Shown here: one piece after another, positions 9,975 to 19,381 of the stretch
Numbering within the stretch: the stretch's first letter is position 1
How the letters are laid out: the number at the start of each line of letters is the position of its first letter
From: Armatimonadota bacterium
GTDB lineage: Bacteria; Armatimonadota; HRBIN16
Reading direction: 5' to 3'
NCBI GenBank assembly: GCA_963677485.1
Contig: OY781964.1
Span: 1,600,001-1,664,000, forward strand
DNA: 64,000 nucleotides
Notes under the pieces: generated by a model
The model's input: only the letters and a program-made list of their open reading frames with translations
What the model was told of the DNA's origin: nothing
Database searches by the model: none
Made by a program: the position numbers and the translations under genes

Positions 9975-10994
9975 ATGAGCACACAAATCTATCCTGTAGA
10001 GCCCAAACGCTACTTCGATGGCCGCCCGGACGCCAGTTACCGTCTGGATGTCACCGATGAGGGCGTGGTGTTTGAGCACGGCCACGGTCCTGACCAATGT
10101 GATTACCTTGGCGCCAGAGAGGCTTCCGCCTTCGAGTGGCAGGGGAAATACTACCTGCATTACGATGGTGCCGGACTGACCGGCTGGCTGGCCTGCCTTG
10201 CCAGCAGCACCGATCTACGCCACTGGCAACGTCACGGACCAGTTCTTCAGTTGGGGGAACAAGGCACCCTGGACAGCGGCAGTGCCTCCTCACCCTGGAT
10301 ATACAACGATGGTCACAAATGGCATATGTTCTATGTGGCCACACCGACCACCACCCCTGGACCGGAGTTTGTGCCGGCGTTACCCTATTACACCAATAAG
10401 GCCGAAGCTGATGTACCGACAGGCCCATGGAGAAAGCGCTACGACATCGTGCCGTTCCGCACGGTGCCAGGCACTTATTACAGTCTGGTTGCCTCTCCGG
10501 GACCGGTGGTTAAGTATGGCGACGAGTACCTGATCTTCTTCAGCAGCACCACTGCCACCGAGAAATCTCCCTGTGTACGCACCCTGGGCATCGCGCGCAC
10601 GAAAGACCTGGACGGTTCCTGGACGGTCGACGCGCAGCCGATGGTACCGATCGAGGAGCAGATTGAGAACGCTTCTATCTATTTTGAGAAGAGCAGCGAT
10701 ACCTGGTTCCTGTTCACCAACCACATCGGCATTGACGAGCAGGGAGCGGAGTATACCGACGCCATCTGGGTTTACTGGACGAAGAATCTGAACCACTGGG
10801 ATGCCGCCAACAAGGCGGTTGTGGTGGACGGCGCAAACAGCAGTTGGGCGTTTGAGTGCCTGGGAATGCCCTCTGTGCTGGTGGTAGGTGATAAGCTGGC
10901 GATACTGTATGATGCGGCACCTGGTCATAGCAAAAGCCACATGCAGCGTCACATCGGATTAGCCTGGGTGGATCTACCGCTGGTCACCCCGTAA
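9975..10994 (+). CDS. Five-bladed beta-propeller glycosidase-like protein (GH32/43/130 clan)
   Basis: Repeated propeller blades: YYLHYDG...LASSTDLRHW, SSPWIY...WHMFY, LGIARTKDL, IENASIY, IGLAW. Confidence 0.7.
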   Translation: MSTQIYPVEPKRYFDGRPDASYRLDVTDEGVVFEHGHGPDQCDYLGAREASAFEWQGKYYLHYDGAGLTGWLACLASSTDLRHWQRHGPVLQLGEQGTLDSGSASSPWIYNDGHKWHMFYVATPTTTPGPEFVPALPYYTNKAEADVPTGPWRKRYDIVPFRTVPGTYYSLVASPGPVVKYGDEYLIFFSSTTATEKSPCVRTLGIARTKDLDGSWTVDAQPMVPIEEQIENASIYFEKSSDTWFLFTNHIGIDEQGAEYTDAIWVYWTKNLNHWDAANKAVVVDGANSSWAFECLGMPSVLVVGDKLAILYDAAPGHSKSHMQRHIGLAWVDLPLVTP

Positions 10995-11196
10995 TTTGAG
11001 CGGAGTGATGCCCATGGGGGTGATCGGAAGCGAAGGAATGTCACGCGAAGACGCGAAGGCGCGAAGGGGAGGATCCACAGATGGTGCAGATTATGCGGGT
11101 TCTACCCGCCAACATATAACCAATTCCGCGACATAAATATTGCGGCACAGGACGGATACGACCCCAATCTGCATTTGTGGGTAATGGACTGAACAC

Positions 11197-11234
11197 AAAA
11201 CCGGCGGTCCACTTATGTTTGGACCACCGGCTTT
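11197..11234. terminator. Probable bidirectional terminator between convergent genes
   Basis: aaaa-ccggcggtcc...ggaccaccgg-cttt hairpin with A-run on the left and T-rich right side. Confidence 0.55.
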
Positions 11235-11332
11235 ATGTTTGCAGACTAGTTTGGTGTGGCCTGCTACAGTGTCGAACTGTCAGACCAGCCAGGCAGATCC
11301 GCCTGGCCCCACTACCGTCTGCTTGATGTCGA

Positions 11333-11989
11333 TTACTGACGAGCACCAGCTCTTTGCAGAAGTGTCGAGATCTTGGCATGTTGGCGCTGTTTTGCCCAGG
11401 TCAACGGGGTTTTACCCAGTCGATCTCTTACATTCAAGCTCGCGTGGGCTGCGATCAACACTTTGACCACGTCAGCACGGTCTGTGGAGACGGCATCAAA
11501 GATGGGGGTAATCCCCTTCTTGTCACGAACGTTCTTGTCCGCTCCAGCTCGTAAAAGAACTGTGGCACAACTGCCGTTCATAGCATTATGCAGTGCGGTA
11601 CGACCGTCCTGGTCCTGGATATTCACCCTGGCTCCACGGCGTATCAACATCTTGCATTCGGCGATCTGGCCTTGAAGAGATGCCATGTACAGTGGTGTCC
11701 GTCCGCAGTAGTCACGAGTGTTGACATCGGCACCCTTGGAAATCAGCCATTCGGCCAGCTCTATGCCTTTTTGTTTGGCTGCATAGTGTAGAGGCGTCAT
11801 GCCCATGTCATCTCTGGTGCGTGCCAACATGGGTTCGTCTTTGATGATATCCATCACTTGCTGATACTTGCCCAGCCGGATAAGGTCGCCTACTTCATCG
11901 ACTGTCGTGGCACATACAGGTGCGGATATAGCGATTACCGAGAGTCCGAAGGCCAGTAAGGCCATCTTGGTAAGTGTTACTGAACGCAT
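11333..11989 (-). CDS. Secreted ankyrin-repeat protein
   Basis: Signal peptide; repeats GMTPLHYAA, GRTPLYMAS, GRTALHNA, GITPIFDA, GKTPLTWA. Confidence 0.92.
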   Translation of the reverse strand: MRSVTLTKMALLAFGLSVIAISAPVCATTVDEVGDLIRLGKYQQVMDIIKDEPMLARTRDDMGMTPLHYAAKQKGIELAEWLISKGADVNTRDYCGRTPLYMASLQGQIAECKMLIRRGARVNIQDQDGRTALHNAMNGSCATVLLRAGADKNVRDKKGITPIFDAVSTDRADVVKVLIAAHASLNVRDRLGKTPLTWAKQRQHAKISTLLQRAGARQ

Positions 11990-12044
11990 GCGATTTCTCC
12001 TTAACGGAAGAAAACTACGTCATATATATCACAGGGTATCGGTT

Positions 12045-12551
12045 CTATGGGTTGCTTGTCTGCCTTAAGTCAAGGCGCTTTATGCCGCCCCGCCCACCCA
12101 CGGTGATATAAACGCGAATTGGTGTTGTTTGCTTCATCACTGTAATCTTATGCCTGTCGCAACTGAGTAGAACTGTATCATCAGAGCTGCCTGTAGCCAG
12201 TTGTTTATACTGGTAGCTGGGCTCTGCATGGTTCATATCTAGCGGACAGTACAGCGAATCCCTGTCCTTTTGCGTGAGAAATGGTGTTAGTTGCTTGAGA
12301 TTGGCAGGATACGATCCGTTATGGCGTATCTTGTATCGGTCTATAGCCGATTTTAGCGTGATGGTGTTGAAGCTGCATTGCTGCATTTTTTGATACTGAG
12401 GTAATTTATTGACCTGATAGATTATAAAGCCAAACCCAACCACGGTGATGAGCGCCACAACCATGATGCCCATGAGGCACCCTCGTATGGTGGCTTGAAA
12501 AGGGCTGCGTGTGGTCTTCGTAATCTGACCATTTTCTGGTAACTGTTGCAA
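12045..12551 (-). CDS. Membrane-anchored pilin/GspG-like hypothetical protein
   Basis: One TM helix, then C..N...LKSAIDRYKIRHNGSYPANLKQL...CP pattern resembling pseudopilin globular domains; no GF-TLxE prepilin site; start uncertain. Confidence 0.5.
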   Translation of the reverse strand: MQQLPENGQITKTTRSPFQATIRGCLMGIMVVALITVVGFGFIIYQVNKLPQYQKMQQCSFNTITLKSAIDRYKIRHNGSYPANLKQLTPFLTQKDRDSLYCPLDMNHAEPSYQYKQLATGSSDDTVLLSCDRHKITVMKQTTPIRVYITVGGRGGIKRLDLRQTSNP

Positions 12552-12679
12552 TGGCTCGGTTCTCCCTCAGCGTTTCAATATGCTGTAACTATACAAGTAT
12601 ACCCGCTGGCTGCATAGAAATGCGTCAGTATAGATTCGTATAGTAATATAAAATGAACACACAAAATAAGCAGGTATAG

Positions 12680-14092
12680 ATGTCCATTAACCGCAGTAGA
12701 ACGGAACTCCTGGATCACGAACCCATCCCACAGCTCCTGTTCAGCTTTTCGCTGCCCACCATCACAGGTATGCTGGTGATGGCTAGTTATAACATCATCG
12801 ATCGCATCTTCATCGGACGGGGGGTAGGATCCGTCGGTATCGCGGCTGTGACCGCGGGTTTCCCTATCATGCTGATCATGATGGCCTTTGGGCAGTTAGT
12901 GGGCATTGGCGGAGGCTCCCTCACCAGCATCCGGCTGGGACAGAAACGCATTGAAGAAGCCGAGTTGATCATGAGCAAGAGCTTTGGCACCATGATAGGC
13001 ATCTCGTTGATGATGATGACGCTCGGACAGATTCTTCTGGTGCCTGCGCTCAGGTTGTTTGGTGTGACGGACGACATCCTGCCATACAGTGTGCAGTTCA
13101 TGCGGATCATCCTCAGCGTCTCTCTGTTCAACACGATCACCATGGGCTGGAACAACTTCATCAGAGCCCAGGGTGATCCCAAAACGGCGATGGTCACCAT
13201 GATGCTTTCGGCTGCCACGAACCTGGTGCTGGCGCCCCTATTCATACTGGTGTTCCATTGGGGTATCACCGGTGCCGCGCTGGCTACAGCTTGCGCTATG
13301 GGCGTATCGACCTGCTGGGTTCTCAACTACTTCCTGAAGGGAAGAAGCGCGCTCAAGGTGCATTGGGATCTGCTGATCATCAAACGGGCCGACTTGCCTC
13401 TGGTGTTTGAAATCATGTCAGTGGGTATGGCCCCCTTCTTCATGCAGTTGGCCAGCGTGATGGTCATGTCTATCTACAACCATGGGGTCATCCATTACGC
13501 ACCACTGAGCGGATATCCTGCGAACCTTGGTCTGGCGGCGATAGGTATTGTGATGGCTACTGGAGCCATCGTGGTGATGCCCATGATCGGCCTGAACCAG
13601 GGCGCCCAGCCGATCATTGGATACAGCTTCGGAGCCAAAAAATACGACCGACTGAAAGAGACGGTGATGTTGGCCATGGGGGCTGCGTCGGTATATGCGA
13701 TTATCTGCTGGGCGGTGATTTGCCACGCTCCGCACGCTGTCGCCTCGGTGTTCAACAGCCAGGACACGCAACTGATCAGCCTGGCTTCGAAGGCACTGTT
13801 CTACTCATTTATCGCCTTGCCAGTGGTGGGCGTACAGGTGGTGTGCAGTAACTATTTTCAAGCCATGGGGAAGGCGAAGATCGCCACTTTCCTGACGCTG
13901 AGCCGTCAGTTGATATTTCTGATCCCCTGCATGTTAATACTGCCGAGGTATCTGGGCATAAACGGCATCTTCATGAGCCAGCCAATTGCGGATGTGCTCT
14001 CCGCACTGATCACCGTCATCGTATTCTTGATTGACTTTAAGCGGTTAGGTCGGCATGATGGCCGCCGAATCGTGGAAGAGGCGTCCGCATGA
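12680..14092 (+). CDS. MATE family efflux transporter (MepA-like)
   Basis: YNIIDRIFIG, IRAQGDPKTAM, GITGAALATA, QPIIGYSFGAK, LSRQLIFLIP; about 12 TM segments. Confidence 0.95.
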   Translation: MSINRSRTELLDHEPIPQLLFSFSLPTITGMLVMASYNIIDRIFIGRGVGSVGIAAVTAGFPIMLIMMAFGQLVGIGGGSLTSIRLGQKRIEEAELIMSKSFGTMIGISLMMMTLGQILLVPALRLFGVTDDILPYSVQFMRIILSVSLFNTITMGWNNFIRAQGDPKTAMVTMMLSAATNLVLAPLFILVFHWGITGAALATACAMGVSTCWVLNYFLKGRSALKVHWDLLIIKRADLPLVFEIMSVGMAPFFMQLASVMVMSIYNHGVIHYAPLSGYPANLGLAAIGIVMATGAIVVMPMIGLNQGAQPIIGYSFGAKKYDRLKETVMLAMGAASVYAIICWAVICHAPHAVASVFNSQDTQLISLASKALFYSFIALPVVGVQVVCSNYFQAMGKAKIATFLTLSRQLIFLIPCMLILPRYLGINGIFMSQPIADVLSALITVIVFLIDFKRLGRHDGRRIVEEASA

Positions 14093-14310
14093 CCACATAT
14101 GTGGTGACTCGAATAGACCCAGAGCCGATCGAAAAGCAGAATGTCTTTGCTGATGACTTTACCCAAGCCGCCGAACGGTCACGCCTGCGCCGTCCAGGCT
14201 ATCTGTTGAGTGTGGCGATTTACAAGCTCAAGAGCAGTGCGATCGTGCGGTTTTACGTCAACCCAGATGGCAGCCTGCAGGAGTTGGGCCGCTACGAAAC
14301 CAAACCGTAG
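14089..14310 (+). CDS. Small hypothetical protein
   Basis: ATGA overlap with the MATE stop and GAGG RBS suggest translational coupling; no recognised motif. Confidence 0.55.
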   Translation: MTTYVVTRIDPEPIEKQNVFADDFTQAAERSRLRRPGYLLSVAIYKLKSSAIVRFYVNPDGSLQELGRYETKP

Positions 14311-14466
14311 CGTGTACACCGCAAAGGGAATTCTAATCCACAGATTTCACAGATTACGCAGATTAGGTAATGACCACGCCGGTTTTTCGGTAATATAACA
14401 ATCGTTGAACAGCCCATCTCCGGCGCGGTCTGGCGTATAGGGGTTTTTCGCGATACTCCCTTCCCG

Positions 14467-15796
14467 CCGCGACATCAATGTCTCGGCTATTGATCAATAA
14501 GGCTGCTGAAGCAGTCTGGGTGAGTGCCGATGGAGCCCTATTGCCTATGTCCGGGGCGGTCTGTGCGTAGGCTAGCGGATGCAGAAGGCTCGAGACCGCG
14601 CCGGTCTGGCGGATAGCCATGAAAGATTGGTGTCGGGAACAAGACCGGCACGGTCTATAGCAAGTGGCCTCCGCAAGCGGTACTGACAGACCGCCCCGCA
14701 CATAGCCAATCTGGTTACGGTAGCCTCCCCCGCGCCCGCTTGCGGGCTGCCAACTCATTAGCGATGGGTGATGGAGCCCCGTTCACGGGGCGATGGAACC
14801 CGTCGGAACGAGGCTACTGTCTTTGATCGGAGGTGACCGACCAAGCGGCCGCGACATCAATGTCTCGGCTATTGATCAATAAGACTGCTGAAGCAGTCTG
14901 GGGGAGTGCCGATGGAGCCCTATTGCCTATGTCCGGGGCGGTCTGTGCGTAGGCTAGCGGATGAAGAAGGCTCGAGACCGCGCCGGTCTGGCGGATAGCC
15001 GTGAAAGAAATGTGTCGGGAACAAGACCGGCGCGGTCTGTAGCCAGTGGCCTCCGCAGGCGTACTGCCAGACCGCCCCGGACATAGCCAATCAGGCTGCG
15101 GTGGCCTCCCCCTCGCCCGCTTGCGGGCTGCCAACTCATTAGCGATGGGTGATGGAGCCCCGTTCACGGGGCGATGGAACCCGTCGAAGTAGGGCTACTG
15201 GATATAATCGGAGGTGACCGACCACGCTGCCGCGACATCAATGTCTCGGCTATTGATCAATAAGACTGCTGAAGCAGTCTGGGGGAGTGCCGATGGAGCC
15301 CTATTGCCTATGTCCGAGGCGGCCTGTGCGCAGGCTAGCGGATGAAGAAGGCTCGAGACCGCGCCGGTCTGGCGGATAGCCGTGAAAGATATGTGTCGGG
15401 AACAAGACCGGCGCGGTCTGTAGCCAGTGGCCTCCCCCGCGCCCGCTTGCGGGCTGCCAACTCATTAGCGATGGGTGATGGAGCTCCGTTCACGGGGCGA
15501 TGGAACCCGTCGGAACGGGGCTACTAGCTTTGATCGGAGGTGACCGACCACGCGGCCGCGACATCAATGTCTCGGCTATTGATCAATAAGGCTGCTGAAG
15601 CAGTCTGGGTGAGTGCCGATGGAGCCCTATTGCCTATGTCCGGGGCGGTCTGTGCGTAGGCTAATGGCTGCAGAAGGCTCGAGACCGCGCCGGTCTGGCG
15701 GATAGCCGTGAAAGATATGTGTCGGGAACAAGACCGGCGCGGTCTGTAGCCAGTTGGCATCGCAAGCCGTCTGCCAGACCGCCCGGACATTGCCAA
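14467..15796. repeat. Tandem array of about 3.6 copies of a ~380-bp composite palindromic unit
   Basis: Units start ccgcgacatcaatgtctcggctattgatc at 14467, 14849, 15230 and 15556; each holds g(a/g)ctgctgaagcagtc, cctatgtccg(g/a)ggcgg(t/c)ctg and agaccgcgccggtct modules. Confidence 0.95.
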
Positions 15797-15822
15797 TCTA
15801 GTTACGTACAGGCGTCCGCCGC

Positions 15823-16269
15823 CTACGGCTTGTTAACCGCCACACCCGCCTCACTCAAAACACGCATGGCCGCCAAAACGGCCTCCCGCTGCTCTTCAGA
15901 AAGCCTATCCAACGCCAGCACCATGCGATCAACCCGTCGGGTGCGGCGGGCACCAATATGCTGTATTCCGCTTTCGGTGAGATGCAGTAATTTCACACGA
16001 CGGTCTTGCTGACTCACCACACGCTCCACCAGCCCTGACCGCTGCAGCCGGTCGGCTAATTGGGTAGCCGCGCTGGTGGTGATACCAAGCTCCTTTGCCA
16101 GCTCGGTGATGGGTTTGGGTGCTTCATACAACGCATTACAGGCGCGCATATGAGCCACAGAAAGCTCATATGCGATATCCCCGCTCTCCAGGCTGTACAG
16201 GTTCCGCATCAGCCTGCTGATCAGCAGTACCATTTCACTTGCCTGCGTCTGTAGCTGTGGCTCAGTCAT
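15823..16269 (-). CDS. MarR family transcriptional regulator
   Basis: ITELAKELGITTSAATQLADRLQRSGLVER...DRRVKLLHLTESG; ATG 16269 overlaps the RND gene end. Confidence 0.92.
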   Translation of the reverse strand: MTEPQLQTQASEMVLLISRLMRNLYSLESGDIAYELSVAHMRACNALYEAPKPITELAKELGITTSAATQLADRLQRSGLVERVVSQQDRRVKLLHLTESGIQHIGARRTRRVDRMVLALDRLSEEQREAVLAAMRVLSEAGVAVNKP

Positions 16270-19200
16270 GAGCGATCTTTTTCCGGCTACGGGCACTCAC
16301 CAGTTGGTCCATTAAGGAATAGACTACCGGCACCACAAACAGCGTGAGCGCGGTGGATGTCAGCAAGCCGCCGATGACCGTGGTAGCCATTGGCGCCTGC
16401 ACTTCAGCACCTTCGCCAAGCGCCAGTGCCAGCGGGAACATACCCAATATTGCTGCGGACGCGGTCATCAAGATAGGCCGTAGGCGGGTGTGTCCTGCGG
16501 TGAGCAAGGCCTCTTCACGTTCAATCCCGCGGTGCCTGAGCTGGTTCGTGTAGTCCACCAGCAGGATACCGTTCTTCACCACGATGCCCACAAGCATCAG
16601 TACCCCAATGAACGCTGTCAAGCCAAACGCGCGGTTGGTGAGGAACAGGCCCAGCACCACCCCCGATCCCGCCAGCGGCACTGAGAGCAGAATGGTCAGC
16701 GGATGGATGAAAGACTCAAACTGAGCAGCCAGCAGCATGTAAATGAGTGCGATGGCTAAGAATACCGCCATCCCCATACCGCCGAACTCATCGGCGGCAC
16801 GCTTCTGGTTGGTGCCCCAGTCCCAGTAATACCCTGATGGCAGCTTCACATCCTTCATCACCTTCTGAACATCGGCCTGGATATCGCCAGAAGACCGCCC
16901 CTGCGGCACTCCGGTGACGGCCACATAGCGCTTGCGGTCCATCCGGCTGATTTCGCTGGGACCCATGCCATACTCAGGCGTGGCCACTTGGCTGAGCACC
17001 ACATCGGGTGCATTCACGCCATTTTTTACGATGATCCCGCCCATCTTCTCCACCGTCTTGCGTTCCGCCTCAGGCAGTTGCACAATGATGGGATACTGGT
17101 AGCCATTCTCCTGGTAATAACTTGCGATGTCGCCATTGGTTGCCGTGCTGATCGTATCGGCGATGTCGCTGAAGCTGACTCCCAGTTGTTGTGCCTTCTG
17201 CCGGTCTACATGCCACTGAACCTCCGGCATCGCTTCCTGCCAGTTTACGTCCAGGTTCTCCAGCCCGTTCACCGTGCGTAGTTGAGCGATGATCTGCTTC
17301 GAGACTGCAGACAGGGTGGTAAGATTATCGCCGAAGATATCGACCTCCACGTTTTGGGCGCCACCGGTCATGATCTGTGTGACAATATCATCCTGTGAGG
17401 GTCGTGCATTCACGCCTGGGATCTTTGCAAGATCTTTACGCAAACCCTTGATGATCTCCAGCGTCGAATGCTTGCGATCGGCCTTCAGCTTCACAGACAC
17501 TGAGCCCTGATAAGGCCGGAGCGTTCCACCTCTCGAACCGCCAGCCCCTGCAGAAGCCATGGCGGTGGCAACATCCGGGTTCTTCAGCACGATTGCCTCT
17601 ATCTTCTGCATCGCTTTGTTGGTTTGCTCCAGGGCCGAACCAATAGGCAGTTTTACGCTGACACTGAAGTTACCGTTGTCCGTCTGCGGCAAAAGTTCGG
17701 TAGGAATCTGGGTGGCCAACAGCATGCCGACCAGCGTGATTCCTACTGCCCCGCATATTGTGATCATCCTGTGATGAAGTGCCCAGCGCAGAGCGTTTTG
17801 GTAGTTGGTGTCCAGTGCATTCAACCATTCACCCGCGGTGTGGAAGGCTCGCATCAGTGGACTGGGGTGAGTGGCTCCGGATTTCAAGCTCTCAGAATGC
17901 GCCTCGCCCGATATCAGTTTTGTGGCCAGCATCGGCACCACCGTGGTGGCGTCAAGAAGAGAGACCGCCAGTGAGAATATCACTACCAGCGCGAACTGCG
18001 TATACATCTGCCCCGCCTGCCCCTTGATGAGCAGCAGCGGTAGAAAGACCACCATAACCGTCCAGGTAGAGGCGACCACCGCCGAGACGATCTCCTCTGT
18101 TCCGCTGATGGCGGCATCATGGGCGTTCTTCTTGTCGCGCTCGATATGCCGGAAGATATTCTCCAGCACCACCACCGCGTCATCCACAATCAAACCCGTA
18201 GCCAAAGCAAGTCCTCCCAACGACATGGTGTTGATGGTGAACCCGCACATATAGATCAGGCCGAAAGTGGAGATGATGGAGAATGGGATGGACAGTGCCA
18301 CCACGAGTGTGCTTCGCACGTTGCGCAGGAAGAAGAGCAGAATCAACACGGCCAGAATACCGCCGATGATAGCACTATCGCGCACATTGTTGACCGAGTT
18401 GCGGATGAATTGCGACTGATCGTAAGCCAGCCCGAGCTTCAGATCGGGAAACAGCGTCTGTATCCGCTTGATACGCTCAAACACCGCATCTGCGGTGCTG
18501 ATGGTATTGGCCGCGCTCTGTTTCGTGATCGAGATGCTGACGGAGGGTTTGCCGTTGAATCGCGTATAAAGGCGTGTTTCTGTGTGGGCATCGCGCACCT
18601 CAGCCACGTCCCTTACCGAAACCAGCCGGCCATTCACCGACCTGATGGGGATGTTCCTGATCTCTTCCGGGTCTTTGAACCAGCCTGTGCTTCGGATGGT
18701 ATACTCTGTGTTGCCCTGCTTGGCGATGCCGGCTGGTAGGTTGACATTCTCCTGAGCGAGCCGTTTGGATATCTCCGCCAGGGAGATGCCGTGAGCTCGC
18801 AGTTTATATGGGTCGACATCGATAATGATGGCCCGCTCTTGCCCGCCTCCAACTGACGATGAAGCCACACCATCTACGGAGTCAAGCATTGGGGTGATCT
18901 GATTATCGACCATCGCGCGAAGTTTGACGGGGTCATCTATGCCCGACACCGCGTAGGAGATGATAGGCATCTGGTTGGGGTCCATCTTCATGATGGTGGG
19001 GTTTTGGATGGTTGCATCCTTAGGAAATGAGCGTTGGGCCCTCTGCACCTGCTGCAGCACATCGACCGTCGCCTGGCCGATATCAACACCCCAGCGGAAC
19101 TGGATCCGAACCTGTGACGAGCCTGTGACGCTGCTCGATGTCACCTGATACATACCTGGCGTAGACGAGACAGCCCGCTCCATCGGGCGGGTGATCTGCG

Positions 19201-19381
19201 CCTCGATCTCCTCTGGAGCCACATTCGGCCATGTGGTGGAGACGCTGACCGTGGGCATGGTCACATTTGGCAGCAGGTCGACCGGCAGCCGGGTATAGCA
19301 GACCGCTCCCAGCAGCACCAGCGCGGCAACGCGCATGATCACCGCGACCGGACGGGTGACCGCATAATGACCGATGCTCAT
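16262..19381 (-). CDS. RND efflux permease (AcrB/AcrD/AcrF family)
   Basis: LPVDLLP, APEEIE, GLIVDDAVVVLENI, GIVVKNGILLVDY, RLRPILMT; 1039 aa. Confidence 0.97.
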   Translation of the reverse strand: MSIGHYAVTRPVAVIMRVAALVLLGAVCYTRLPVDLLPNVTMPTVSVSTTWPNVAPEEIEAQITRPMERAVSSTPGMYQVTSSSVTGSSQVRIQFRWGVDIGQATVDVLQQVQRAQRSFPKDATIQNPTIMKMDPNQMPIISYAVSGIDDPVKLRAMVDNQITPMLDSVDGVASSSVGGGQERAIIIDVDPYKLRAHGISLAEISKRLAQENVNLPAGIAKQGNTEYTIRSTGWFKDPEEIRNIPIRSVNGRLVSVRDVAEVRDAHTETRLYTRFNGKPSVSISITKQSAANTISTADAVFERIKRIQTLFPDLKLGLAYDQSQFIRNSVNNVRDSAIIGGILAVLILLFFLRNVRSTLVVALSIPFSIISTFGLIYMCGFTINTMSLGGLALATGLIVDDAVVVLENIFRHIERDKKNAHDAAISGTEEIVSAVVASTWTVMVVFLPLLLIKGQAGQMYTQFALVVIFSLAVSLLDATTVVPMLATKLISGEAHSESLKSGATHPSPLMRAFHTAGEWLNALDTNYQNALRWALHHRMITICGAVGITLVGMLLATQIPTELLPQTDNGNFSVSVKLPIGSALEQTNKAMQKIEAIVLKNPDVATAMASAGAGGSRGGTLRPYQGSVSVKLKADRKHSTLEIIKGLRKDLAKIPGVNARPSQDDIVTQIMTGGAQNVEVDIFGDNLTTLSAVSKQIIAQLRTVNGLENLDVNWQEAMPEVQWHVDRQKAQQLGVSFSDIADTISTATNGDIASYYQENGYQYPIIVQLPEAERKTVEKMGGIIVKNGVNAPDVVLSQVATPEYGMGPSEISRMDRKRYVAVTGVPQGRSSGDIQADVQKVMKDVKLPSGYYWDWGTNQKRAADEFGGMGMAVFLAIALIYMLLAAQFESFIHPLTILLSVPLAGSGVVLGLFLTNRAFGLTAFIGVLMLVGIVVKNGILLVDYTNQLRHRGIEREEALLTAGHTRLRPILMTASAAILGMFPLALALGEGAEVQAPMATTVIGGLLTSTALTLFVVPVVYSLMDQLVSARSRKKIAHD

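Noticed and set aside
14467-15796. CRISPR array
   Set aside because: Units are about 380 bp and similar throughout, with no unique spacers of constant length and no cas genes in the window.
14363-15796. Repeated small ORFs (IRQTGAVSSLLHPLAYAQTAPDIG; also near 30.8-31.3, 33.3 and 49.7-50.2 kb)
   Set aside because: These are translations of palindromic DNA repeats with inconsistent frames and boundaries between copies.
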